From: Deltaproteobacteria bacterium CSP1-8
Lineage (GTDB): Bacteria; Desulfobacterota; Deferrimicrobia; Deferrimicrobiales; Deferrimicrobiaceae
DNA: 64,000 bases
Direction of reading: 5' to 3'
NCBI GenBank assembly: GCA_001443455.1
Contig: LDXO01000001.1
Coordinates: 205,632 to 269,631, forward strand
Shown here: positions 1 through 8,252 of the stretch, piece by piece
How positions within the stretch are numbered: the stretch's first letter is position 1
Layout: each line of letters begins with the position of its first letter
Notes under the pieces: generated by a model
The model's input: the letters and a program-made list of their open reading frames with translations, nothing else
The model's database searches: none
Told to the model about the DNA's origin: nothing
Program-made: the position numbers and the translations under genes

Positions 1-272
1 ATCCTCCCCCCGTCCTTCTCCCGGATATCCACGTCGAACTTGTCCGCCGGGCGTCCGGACTCGATGACTTCCGGCAACGGGCATCCCGTTTCGCAGAGGG
101 ATCCCCGGACCGCATCGCGGCACGGTTTTCCCACGATGTCGCCGAGTTGGTGCCCGGACCGGTCGAGAAACGACCGGTTGGCGAAGAGGATCCGGCCGTC
201 GAATGATACGGCCACCATGCCATCGGCCACGGATTCGACCATCAGGTTGTCGAAGTTCGTAGGTCCGCTCAT
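1..272 (-). CDS. PAS-domain sensor/regulator, N-terminal part (gene continues beyond the window start)
   Basis: A minus-strand ATG at 272-270 opens a frame with no stop down to position 1. It is absent from the ORF track because it is open-ended. Translation is MSGPTNFDNLMVESVADGMVAVSFDGRILFANRSFLDRSGHQLGDIVGKPCRDAVRGSLCETGCPLPEVIESGRPADKFDVDIREKDGG, a typical PAS S-box start. It is divergent from the cytochrome/molybdoenzyme cluster. Confidence 0.6.
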   Translation of the reverse strand, partial: MSGPTNFDNLMVESVADGMVAVSFDGRILFANRSFLDRSGHQLGDIVGKPCRDAVRGSLCETGCPLPEVIESGRPADKFDVDIREKDGGR

Positions 273-343
273 CGAATCTCCCCCTTGCACGTGAAGAGGC
301 GGTTTGCCCGGTTTCTTTTATGTTTCATGGATCGCGTTTCAAG

Positions 344-372
344 ATGTTAACCAATTAACGTTTCGTTAACAT
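344..372. promoter_or_regulatory. Perfect 8-bp inverted repeat ATGTTAAC-N13-GTTAACAT in an AT-rich divergent control region
   Basis: Read directly: ATGTTAAC at 344-351 and GTTAACAT at 365-372, with a third TTAAC at 355-359. It lies between the PAS regulator start (272) and the cluster start (620). The octamer ACGTTTCG recurs at 358-365, and in inverted orientation at about 571-579. Confidence 0.35.
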
Positions 373-619
373 CCGAAATCATGCAGATCAAAGTCTATAA
401 CTTGCTTGATCCAAATAGCAATATTTTTCTTGCCCATTTCCGGAATCCGCAGGCAAGAAACAAATCGTAACAACTTCCACTACCACCCCGCTTGTGCAAT
501 TTCTTGTAACCAACTGAATAACAAAAAGTTTCGTTGCCATGGAGCACCCCGGCACGAATTTCGAAACGTACCCATTCCAGAACCATACCTTTTCGATCAG
601 GACCGAAAGGAGGGAGCTC

Positions 620-2146
620 ATGAGACGAAGCGGGAAATCCCTATTGGCGGCAACCTGGTTGGCGGCCTTCCTCATTATTCCTTGCCTCTCGATGGCCGCG
701 GACCAGGACGTGCAACAGAAGCTCGACTCGATGGCGAAGGAGATCGAAGCGCTGAAGAAACAGGTCGCCTCCGCAACGCCCGAAAAAGCCTCTGGGAAAT
801 CGATCAGCGACTGGCTGACCATCGGCGGCGATTACCGGTTCCGGGTCGATTCGCTCCGGGGGAAGGTGCCCGATTATTGGCAGTTCGGTTTTGACCCCAC
901 TACCGGAAACCCCGTGTTTTTTCCCGTTTCGGAGTTCAAGGTGAAGAACGACGTCCTCTACACGAACCGGTTCGGCCTGGACCTCAAGGCGAAGGCTACC
1001 CGCAATGTCTCGGTGACGGCCCGCCTGCTGATGTACAAGTCGTTCGGCTTCCAGGACTCCGTGGATTCGGTCGGACCGTTCTTCGCCGACCGGACGGGCG
1101 TGTTTGACGGGACGCAGGGGCACGTCATCCCCGGGGACGGCAAGCTCATCGTCGACCAGGCCTACGCCACCTGGAGCAATCTCCTCGACCACCCGGTCTG
1201 GTTCTCCGTGGGGCGGCGTCCCTCCACCGGCGGGATCCCGACCCATCTCCGCCAGAACGAACCGAAGCCGGGATTAGGCGGCGTTCCGGGACTGCTCGTG
1301 GACTACGCCTTCGACGGAATGACCCTCGGATGGGCGCCCGACATCGAGGCTCTCCCGGGAGCCTATGCGAAGATCTGCTACGGCCGGGGTTTCGAGAACG
1401 GGCTCACGAGCACGTCCGGGAACGGGCAGCGCGACACCGACATGATCGGCGTCACCGTGGTTCCCTACGACACCGACCCGCTGTATGTGAACGTGCAGTG
1501 GAACCGGGGGATGAACATCTTCGACAGCCCCATCATGAAGAACACGGCGTTCGGCGACACGAGCCCCGGTTTCAACCTCGGCGACATCGACTGGTACGGG
1601 CTGGCCCTGCTCAGCACGCTGAAAGACGTCGGTCCCGGCAAGCTCAATGTCTTCGGGAGCGTAGGGATGAACGTGACTCATCCCAACGGCAATACCGTCG
1701 TGATCAACGGTTTTAACACGGGAGCCGGGCTGCTCTTTACGGGACAGAACGAATCGAAAACCGGATGGGGCGCCTATATCGGTGCCCGTTATGACATTAC
1801 CTCGACCCGGACCAAGCTCGGACTGGAATACAACCATGGATCGAAAGACTGGATCCCCTTCGTGCCGGCGGCGGACGACATCTGGACGAGCAAGCTCGGG
1901 ACCCGCGGGGACGTGTACGAGGTGTACCTGATCCAGGAGTTCAAACTGGCGCCGGTTTCCTCGTACACGAGCAAGACGTTCTTCAAGATCGGCTACCAGT
2001 ATTATGACTTCGCCTATACAGGCAGCAACAACTGGGTGGGCGCGCCGGTGAAAATCACCGAACTCAACAACCCGACGGCAGCGCAGATGCTCGTGCCGTT
2101 GAAGAACGCGCAGGACCTCTACGCCACGCTGGAGGTGAAGTTCTGA
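620..2146 (+). CDS. Outer-membrane beta-barrel protein with N-terminal coiled coil (DUF3373-like by my recollection)
   Basis: ORF 539-2146; the preferred start is ATG 620, which follows GGAGGGAG. There is a signal peptide (MRRSGKSLLAATWLAAFLIIPCLSMA/ADQ) and a heptad-like segment (QQKLDSMAKEIEALKKQV). A long Gly/aromatic-rich region with alternating pattern follows, and the protein ends ...LYATLEVKF, the terminal Phe typical of OMP barrels. Confidence 0.7.
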   Translation: MRRSGKSLLAATWLAAFLIIPCLSMAADQDVQQKLDSMAKEIEALKKQVASATPEKASGKSISDWLTIGGDYRFRVDSLRGKVPDYWQFGFDPTTGNPVFFPVSEFKVKNDVLYTNRFGLDLKAKATRNVSVTARLLMYKSFGFQDSVDSVGPFFADRTGVFDGTQGHVIPGDGKLIVDQAYATWSNLLDHPVWFSVGRRPSTGGIPTHLRQNEPKPGLGGVPGLLVDYAFDGMTLGWAPDIEALPGAYAKICYGRGFENGLTSTSGNGQRDTDMIGVTVVPYDTDPLYVNVQWNRGMNIFDSPIMKNTAFGDTSPGFNLGDIDWYGLALLSTLKDVGPGKLNVFGSVGMNVTHPNGNTVVINGFNTGAGLLFTGQNESKTGWGAYIGARYDITSTRTKLGLEYNHGSKDWIPFVPAADDIWTSKLGTRGDVYEVYLIQEFKLAPVSSYTSKTFFKIGYQYYDFAYTGSNNWVGAPVKITELNNPTAAQMLVPLKNAQDLYATLEVKF

Positions 2147-2274
2147 GAGGGTAGGGGAGGCGGGGGCCGCCGGTCCCCGCCCCTTCGGGATATCCGAAGC
2201 AAACGGGAAAAGAGAGGGTTCGGAAGGAAGGACAAGTTCGTAGTTCAAGGGTCATCCCGATGAGGAAGGAGACA

Positions 2275-2604
2275 ATGATGCGCAATACGATGCTGGTCGG
2301 GTGGGTAGCGGCAGCGGCAATTCTCTTCCTGTTGTTCGCCGGCGGAGTCGCGACGGCGGACGAGATGAAGATGGTGGGCGACGTCGTGAAGATCGAGATC
2401 TCCGGCCCCAATGCGAAAACGGCAAAGGCCACCCTCAAAGACACCAAGACGGGCAAACTGGTCACCGTCATCGTCAATGACGATCTTACGCTGGACAAGT
2501 TCAAGGACCACCGGATCGTCGTGGGCGACGAGATCCGCTGCAAGTACGAGGTCCAGGACGGAAAGAACGTCAGCAAGTATTTCCGGAAGACCGCGGGATG
2601 CTGA
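2275..2604 (+). CDS. Small secreted protein of unknown function with a C-terminal cysteine (..KTAGC-stop)
   Basis: ORF 2260-2604; AGGAAGGAG precedes the ATG ATG at 2275/2278. Signal peptide is MMRNTMLVGWVAAAAILFLLFAGGVATA/DE. The mature part is about 80 aa, Lys/Val/Asp-rich and beta-looking. Its only other Cys is in ..DEIRCKYE.. . It lies between the barrel and the cytochrome genes. Confidence 0.6.
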   Translation: MMRNTMLVGWVAAAAILFLLFAGGVATADEMKMVGDVVKIEISGPNAKTAKATLKDTKTGKLVTVIVNDDLTLDKFKDHRIVVGDEIRCKYEVQDGKNVSKYFRKTAGC

Positions 2605-2647
2605 TGGTCTTATCGGGTCAACCACGAGGGGCAAAAAGGGGCGCATC

Positions 2648-4021
2648 GTGAGAAAGGGATCGGGATCGGGTGTGCTCGTTGCGGCGATGCTCCTTGCGGG
2701 CGTGGCGGCAGCCAAGGAGCATCCGGGCAAGGAGTACATCGAGAGGAACGGATACCAGGGGCCGTCGACCTGCGAGGCGCAGGGGTGCCATCCGGGGACC
2801 GCCAAGGAGTTCCTCGACACCGTGCACTGGAAGCACGCCTCCCCGGTGCCGAATGTCGAAGGGTTGGAGCCGGGGAAAGAGTACGGGATGAAAAACCGGA
2901 TCTACACGATGTGCAACGGGAATGACATCGTGAACCACCTGAAGGAGATCCCGGCCAGCCCCGTGACGGGAAAGACCAAGTTCGCCGGTTGCAACACGTG
3001 CCATCCGGGAAACCACATCAGCGATGTCGGAAGCGTCGGAAAGGATGCGGAAAACGCGATCGACTGCCTGGTCTGCCACGCCTCGAAGTACGACTTCCGC
3101 CGGCGCAGAGCCTATAAGGACGAGACCGGCCGGGTGGTGATGGGCCAGGACCGGAGCAAGGAGGCGGCGCTTTCCGTCGGCAGGCCCGACGTGAGGAACT
3201 GCATGGTGTGCCACGAATCCGCGGGCGGCGGAGTCCTCATCAAGCGCGGGTTCGCCTATGCCAGGGAAACGGACGTCCATGCGAAGAACGGAATGGTGTG
3301 CGTGGACTGCCACGCGGCGAAGAACCACCGGATCCCCACGGGCTTCGACCCGAACAACTGGGCCAGCGACGGCATCCGGGTCTCCTGCGAGGACTGCCAC
3401 AAGGAGACGCCGCACAAGGACGGGGATCTCAACCGCCACGTGGCGCGGATCGCCTGCCAGACGTGCCACATCCCGCGCACCGGCGGCGCGATCGCCAAGG
3501 ACTTCACCCGGTGGACCCAGGGGGCCGACAAGTTCTACGAGCCGACGACGCTCAGCAAAGAGGCGAACGAGACGACGCCGGTCTACGCCTGGTACAACAA
3601 GACGGTGCGTAACGAACCGCACTTCATCGGCCCGAAGGGGAGCCGGGAGGAGATGGGGAGCAGGATCTATCCCTTCAAGATCTTCGAAGGGAAGGCGTTT
3701 TTTGACAAAAAGACCGGCAACCTCCTCTCGATGGATTTTGCCCCGCCCATGTCCACGGGCGACGCGCTGGCGGGAGTCGCCTCGGCCGCGAAGACCCTGG
3801 GAATCAAGGAATACGAGCCGGTGCCCGGCTGGCAGACCATCTACTTCGGCAGCACCCATCTCGTGACGAAGGAGAAGGCCCTGACCTGTTTCCATTGCCA
3901 CTCCCGGAACGGCGTCCTCAACTTCCGGGCGCTGGAGTACGCGGAAAAGGAAGAGGAAAAACTGACGAACGCTTCGATCTATTTCGACAAGATGGCCGAG
4001 CAGCAGAAAGAGGAATGGTAA
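2648..4021 (+). CDS. Periplasmic octaheme c-type cytochrome (resembles the tetrathionate-reductase-type octaheme family)
   Basis: This frame is the distal part of ORF 2411-4021; the likely start is GTG 2648 (VRKGSGSGVLVAAMLLAGVAAA signal). Eight heme-binding sites were read directly: CEAQGCH (CX4CH), CNTCH, CLVCH, CMVCH, CVDCH, CEDCH, CQTCH and CFHCH. Confidence 0.85.
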   Translation: MRKGSGSGVLVAAMLLAGVAAAKEHPGKEYIERNGYQGPSTCEAQGCHPGTAKEFLDTVHWKHASPVPNVEGLEPGKEYGMKNRIYTMCNGNDIVNHLKEIPASPVTGKTKFAGCNTCHPGNHISDVGSVGKDAENAIDCLVCHASKYDFRRRRAYKDETGRVVMGQDRSKEAALSVGRPDVRNCMVCHESAGGGVLIKRGFAYARETDVHAKNGMVCVDCHAAKNHRIPTGFDPNNWASDGIRVSCEDCHKETPHKDGDLNRHVARIACQTCHIPRTGGAIAKDFTRWTQGADKFYEPTTLSKEANETTPVYAWYNKTVRNEPHFIGPKGSREEMGSRIYPFKIFEGKAFFDKKTGNLLSMDFAPPMSTGDALAGVASAAKTLGIKEYEPVPGWQTIYFGSTHLVTKEKALTCFHCHSRNGVLNFRALEYAEKEEEKLTNASIYFDKMAEQQKEEW

Positions 4022-4148
4022 GCGGGAAGAGAATCCCCTCCTCTCCCTCCCGCGACCCCGGGGCTTCCCGCCCGATCCTCACAGGTTCCGCAGAGGCACG
4101 GGCGGGAAGACCGGTGCGTTTCTTTTCGCCCGGCAGGAGGTGCCACGA

Positions 4149-6347
4149 GTGAACTTCCGGATGTCGCGGAGAATGTTCCTGAAGGTGACCGGCACCGCCA
4201 CGGCCGGCCTCTCCCTCCCATCGGTGGTGCCCGAACGGTACCTCTCGTGGGCCGAGACGGCGCCGGAGGAGCTGAAACCGGTACCCACCTTCTGCGAGCT
4301 CTGCTTCTGGAACTGCGGACTGATCGCCAAGGTGCAGAACGGCAAAGTCGTCAAGATCGACGGCAACCCGCTGAGCGAACGGGGGCGCGGACGACTCTGC
4401 GGCCGGGGAAATGCGGCCCTGGGCTCCCTCTACGACCCGGACCGGCTCAAGTTTCCCATGATCAACACCGGCAGGCGGGGCCAGCCGGCATGGAAGCGGG
4501 CAAGCTGGGACGAGGCTTTGGGGCTGGTCGCACGCAAGCTCGAGGACATCAGGGAAAAACACGGGCCCGAGACGGTGGCCCTCTTCTCCCACGGGTGCGG
4601 CGGCGCATTCTGGAAGCACCTGATGAAGGCCTACGGCAGCCGCAGCCATGCCGCCCCCTCCGATGCCCAGTGCCGCGGGCCAAGGGACGTCGGCTTCACT
4701 CTCACCTTCGGTTCCGATGTCGGTTCGCCGGAATATTACGACTTCGGCGAGAGCCGCTACATCGTGCTCATCGGCTCCCACCTCGGCGAGAACGCACACA
4801 ACAGCCAGGTGCAGGATATCGTCACGGGGTTGGCGAAAGGGGCGAAGCTCGCCGTCGTCGACCCGCGCCTCTCGAACATCGCCGCGAAGGCCGACCACTG
4901 GCTCCCCATCAGGCCGGCCACCGACCTTGCACTCCTTCTGGCCTGGATCCGCCTCATCGTGAACGAGGAACTCTACGACGCGGACTACGTGAAGGCATAT
5001 GCCATCGGCCTCCCCGAGCTTACGGCCGCCGTGCAGGAGTACACCCCCGAATGGGCCGCCGGGGAGACCGAACTTCCGGTGGAGACCATCGCCCGGGTGG
5101 CCCGGGAGCTGGCCGCGCACAGGCCCAACGTCATCATCTCCGCCGGACGTTACAACTGCTGGTACGGAGACGACACGCAACGTTGCCGCGCCATCGCCAT
5201 CCTCAACGCCCTCCTCGGCTCCTGGGGACGTCCGGGAGGCATCTATCTTCCCGCCGGCGGAGGTGTCCCGGAATACCCCGACCTTCCGGTCTACCCCTCC
5301 GGCCGTGCCGGTCTTCCCGAGCTGGACGCGGCCTATCCGTTCGCCCTGTCGCAGACCACCACCTCCGTCAGGCAGGCGTCGATCACCGGGAAGCCACACC
5401 CGTTCAAGGCATGGCTGGTATACGGCTGCAATCTGATCAAGACCCTGCCGGGGCGGGACGAAACCGTCCGGGCGATCGACAACCTCGACCTTCTGGTCGC
5501 CATCGACATCCTTCCGGCCGACATCACCCGGTGGGCCGATGTGGTCCTCCCGGAATGCACCTATCTGGAGCGGCACGATGCCTTGAGCCTGGGCAGAGGC
5601 AAGAATTTCGAGGTGGCCATGCGGCAGCCCGCCGTCTCGCCCCTCTTCGAGAGCAAGCCCTCCTGGTGGATCACCAAGGAGCTGGCCATTAGACTGGGCC
5701 TGGGCGACTACTTCCCCTGGAAGGACGGCGAGGAATACCTGCGCGGACGCTGCCGGGCCGGCAATATCGACTACGACGAACTCCGCGGCAAGGGGGTCGT
5801 ACGCTTCTCCGGCAAATCGAGTCCCTATCTCTCCCCGCACGAAGAGCGGGAATTCGATACCCCTTCCGGGAAGATCGAGCTCTACTCCGGGCAGCTCGCC
5901 GATCGCGGGTTCGACCCGGTGCCGAAATACACGAGGCACGAGCAGCCTCCGGCCGGCTATTTCCGGGTCCTGTTCGGCCGCTCGCCGCTTCATACCTTCG
6001 CCCGGACCACGAACAATTTCCTCCTCGCGGACCTGGTTCCGGAGAACTCCTTATGGATCAACCGGAAGAAGGCGCGGGAGCTGGGTCTCGAGGACGGGGA
6101 ATACGTCCGCCTGGAAAACCAGGCCGGCTTTCTATCGCCGGGGAAAATCCGGGTCCGCCACACCCAACGGCTCCGCGAAGACTGCATCTACATGGTCCAC
6201 GGTTTCGGCGTCCACTCCGCGGAGCTTACAAGGGCCGACGGCAAGGGGATCGGAGACGAGGAGATGCTCGCCCGGTACTCGATCGACCCCATCATGGGAG
6301 GGACCGCCATGAGGTCCAACTTCGTCAGGGTCGTGAAGGAGGGGTAA
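4149..6347 (+). CDS. Tat-exported molybdopterin (Mo/W-bisPGD) oxidoreductase catalytic subunit, PsrA/PhsA/TtrA-like
   Basis: ORF 4140-6347. AGGAGG at 4135-4140 favours GTG 4149, with ATG 4161 as the alternative. There is a twin-arginine signal (MSRRMFLKVTGTATAGLSL) and an N-terminal FeS motif (CELCFWNCG...LCGRG). A candidate Mo-ligand Cys lies in ..APSDAQCRGPRD.. . The length and the C-terminal beta-barrel domain are typical of the DMSO reductase superfamily. Confidence 0.9.
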   Translation: MNFRMSRRMFLKVTGTATAGLSLPSVVPERYLSWAETAPEELKPVPTFCELCFWNCGLIAKVQNGKVVKIDGNPLSERGRGRLCGRGNAALGSLYDPDRLKFPMINTGRRGQPAWKRASWDEALGLVARKLEDIREKHGPETVALFSHGCGGAFWKHLMKAYGSRSHAAPSDAQCRGPRDVGFTLTFGSDVGSPEYYDFGESRYIVLIGSHLGENAHNSQVQDIVTGLAKGAKLAVVDPRLSNIAAKADHWLPIRPATDLALLLAWIRLIVNEELYDADYVKAYAIGLPELTAAVQEYTPEWAAGETELPVETIARVARELAAHRPNVIISAGRYNCWYGDDTQRCRAIAILNALLGSWGRPGGIYLPAGGGVPEYPDLPVYPSGRAGLPELDAAYPFALSQTTTSVRQASITGKPHPFKAWLVYGCNLIKTLPGRDETVRAIDNLDLLVAIDILPADITRWADVVLPECTYLERHDALSLGRGKNFEVAMRQPAVSPLFESKPSWWITKELAIRLGLGDYFPWKDGEEYLRGRCRAGNIDYDELRGKGVVRFSGKSSPYLSPHEEREFDTPSGKIELYSGQLADRGFDPVPKYTRHEQPPAGYFRVLFGRSPLHTFARTTNNFLLADLVPENSLWINRKKARELGLEDGEYVRLENQAGFLSPGKIRVRHTQRLREDCIYMVHGFGVHSAELTRADGKGIGDEEMLARYSIDPIMGGTAMRSNFVRVVKEG

Positions 6348-6350
6348 TCG

Positions 6351-7505
6351 ATGCGGTTCGACGGAATCGTTCTGCCGGATCGTGCCAGACTGCGGGAAGC
6401 CGTCGACGACATCCGGAAAGGGCGGGGGGGGATTTCGCTCTACCTCTCCCTCCTGGGGCTGTTGGCCGGTTTCCTCGCCATCGGGTGCATCTTCCTCCTG
6501 GGGCACGCCCATACCACGAACACCTCCGACCTCGTGCCGTGGGGGATCCAGATCACCACCTACGTCTACTTCGTCCTGATCAGCACCGGCTGCACCTTCG
6601 TAAACTTCTTCGGTGCGATCTTTTACGAGGAGGAATACAGTCCCTACGCGTCCCGCGTCATGTTCCTCGCGATCGTGACGGCCCTGGCCGCCTTCATCTC
6701 CCTGGCCACCGAGATGGGCCGGATCGACCGGATGTACTACTTCCTGATCTCGCCCAACCCCGCCTCCCCCATGTTCTGGATGTCGGTCTGGTACGCCGCC
6801 GACATTTTCATCATCGTCCTCGAGTACATCAACATCCGGCGGAGCCGGCACTCCCGGAAGGTCATGTGGGCCGCCTTCTTCGTCGCCGTCGTCACCTACG
6901 GCACGCTGGGGAGCCTCTTCGGGGCTGTCGGCTCGCGCGCCTACTACTACAGCGCCCTGTTGCCGATCTACTTCCTCTTCATGGCCTTCCTCACCGGCGG
7001 CGCGCTTTGCGCCCTCGTCGCCGCCGTCGAGGGGAGGAAGACCCCGGGGGACGGTTCTCCCCTTCCGGCCTTCTTCACGACCTTCCTGAAGATTGGCCTG
7101 GGGCTTGCGCTCTTTGCCACCTTCTGGCGACTCATGATCGGCCTGGCGGGGCACGTTCCCGGTTCCGAAGCCTTCGGCCTCACCCTCTTCGACACCCTCT
7201 TCTTCGGCATCTTCCTCGGAGTCGTCGTGCCGTTCCTCCTGCTCCTGGCGACCCGCGGTCCCGTCGGGCTGATCTTCACCGGCCTCCTGATCCTGGCCAC
7301 CCAGTTCAAGGGACGGATGGACCTGGTGGTCGGCGGCTTCCGGGTACCCGTCTTTCGTGCCTACGACATTCCTGCGGTGGTGCAGTACACCCCTTCGATC
7401 TTCGAAGTGCTGGTCCTGATCGCCTCGGTGTCGCTGGTTTCGTTCCTCTATCTGGTGTGCGACCGTTCCGGCCTTTTCGAGCCCATTCCGGGAAAGGAGG
7501 CCTGA
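6351..7505 (+). CDS. NrfD/PsrC-type integral membrane quinol-interacting subunit
   Basis: The 384-aa ORF starts 3 nt after the catalytic subunit stop. It has multiple hydrophobic helices and an NrfD-like N-terminal region (..HAHTTNTSDLVPWGIQITTYVYFVLISTG..). Confidence 0.85.
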   Translation: MRFDGIVLPDRARLREAVDDIRKGRGGISLYLSLLGLLAGFLAIGCIFLLGHAHTTNTSDLVPWGIQITTYVYFVLISTGCTFVNFFGAIFYEEEYSPYASRVMFLAIVTALAAFISLATEMGRIDRMYYFLISPNPASPMFWMSVWYAADIFIIVLEYINIRRSRHSRKVMWAAFFVAVVTYGTLGSLFGAVGSRAYYYSALLPIYFLFMAFLTGGALCALVAAVEGRKTPGDGSPLPAFFTTFLKIGLGLALFATFWRLMIGLAGHVPGSEAFGLTLFDTLFFGIFLGVVVPFLLLLATRGPVGLIFTGLLILATQFKGRMDLVVGGFRVPVFRAYDIPAVVQYTPSIFEVLVLIASVSLVSFLYLVCDRSGLFEPIPGKEA

Positions 7506-7509
7506 AGAA

Positions 7510-8220
7510 TTGGAGACCCGGGAGGACATCCTGGAGATCATGCGCGAGGATCTGAAGCGGGCTCTCCAGAAGACGCGCAGCGAACGCCGCTGGGGCATGG
7601 CCATCGACCTCAGGAGGTGCATCGGCTGCCACGCCTGCACCACCGGCTGCATGTCCGAGAACCTGACCCCGCCGGGAATGCGCTACCGGCCGGTGCGGGA
7701 AGAAGAGATCGGCCAGTTTCCGAACGTATCGCTCCGTTTCCTGCCCCGTCCCTGCATGCAGTGCGATTCGCCCACCTGCACCCCGGTCTGCCCGGTGAAG
7801 GCGACCTACAAACGGGACGACGGGATCGTCATGATCGACTACCGGAAGTGCATCGGATGCCGGTATTGCCTGGTGGCCTGCCCCTACGGCGCCCGCTCAG
7901 CCGACGTCGGCCATTATTACACCGGCGAAATGAAGAAACAGACCTACGAGGTGGAGAACTCCGGCGAGTACGGCAAGGTCTTCAAGAGAAAGACCCATTG
8001 GCATTCCCCCATCGGCAACGCCCGGAAGTGCCACTTCTGCATCCACCGGGTGGAGAAGGGGGAGTTGACCCGCTGCACCACCACCTGCCTGGGGCACGCC
8101 ACCTACTTCGGCGACCTCAACGACCCAAAAAGCCTGATCAACAAAGTGATCGCGAAGGCCAACGCCTTCCGGTACAGGGAGGAGCTGGGGACAGAGCCGA
8201 GGGTGATCTATATCGTCTGA
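7510..8220 (+). CDS. Four-cluster [4Fe-4S] ferredoxin subunit, PsrB/NrfC/HybA-like
   Basis: Four Cys groups were read: CIGCHACTTGC, CMQCDSPTCTPVCP, CIGCRYCLVACP and CHFC...CTTTC. No obvious signal peptide is present. Confidence 0.9.
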   Translation: METREDILEIMREDLKRALQKTRSERRWGMAIDLRRCIGCHACTTGCMSENLTPPGMRYRPVREEEIGQFPNVSLRFLPRPCMQCDSPTCTPVCPVKATYKRDDGIVMIDYRKCIGCRYCLVACPYGARSADVGHYYTGEMKKQTYEVENSGEYGKVFKRKTHWHSPIGNARKCHFCIHRVEKGELTRCTTTCLGHATYFGDLNDPKSLINKVIAKANAFRYREELGTEPRVIYIV

Positions 8221-8252
8221 TCCGCGATCGTCGGAACAACGATCCTCCGGGA

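Noticed and set aside
550-565. A possible sigma-54 promoter, cGGCACG-aatt-TcGaa, about 55 nt upstream of the barrel gene.
   Set aside because: The -24 element is good, but the -12 element lacks the conserved GC (TCGA instead of TTGC). The upstream regulator cannot be shown to be an enhancer-binding protein from the 90 aa visible. I kept it only as a note.
273-619. A Moco riboswitch upstream of the molybdoenzyme cluster.
   Set aside because: The region is AT-rich and lacks the conserved GC-rich Moco motif elements I remember. There are no supporting helices.
3918-5993. A 691-aa minus-strand ORF, plus several 400-500-aa alternate-frame ORFs (2618-3901, 4247-5692, 6053-7555, 6132-7652).
   Set aside because: All overlap the cytochrome, Mo, NrfD and FeS genes, whose motifs are decisive. 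The alternate frames have Arg/Pro/Gly-biased composition and no recognisable domains.
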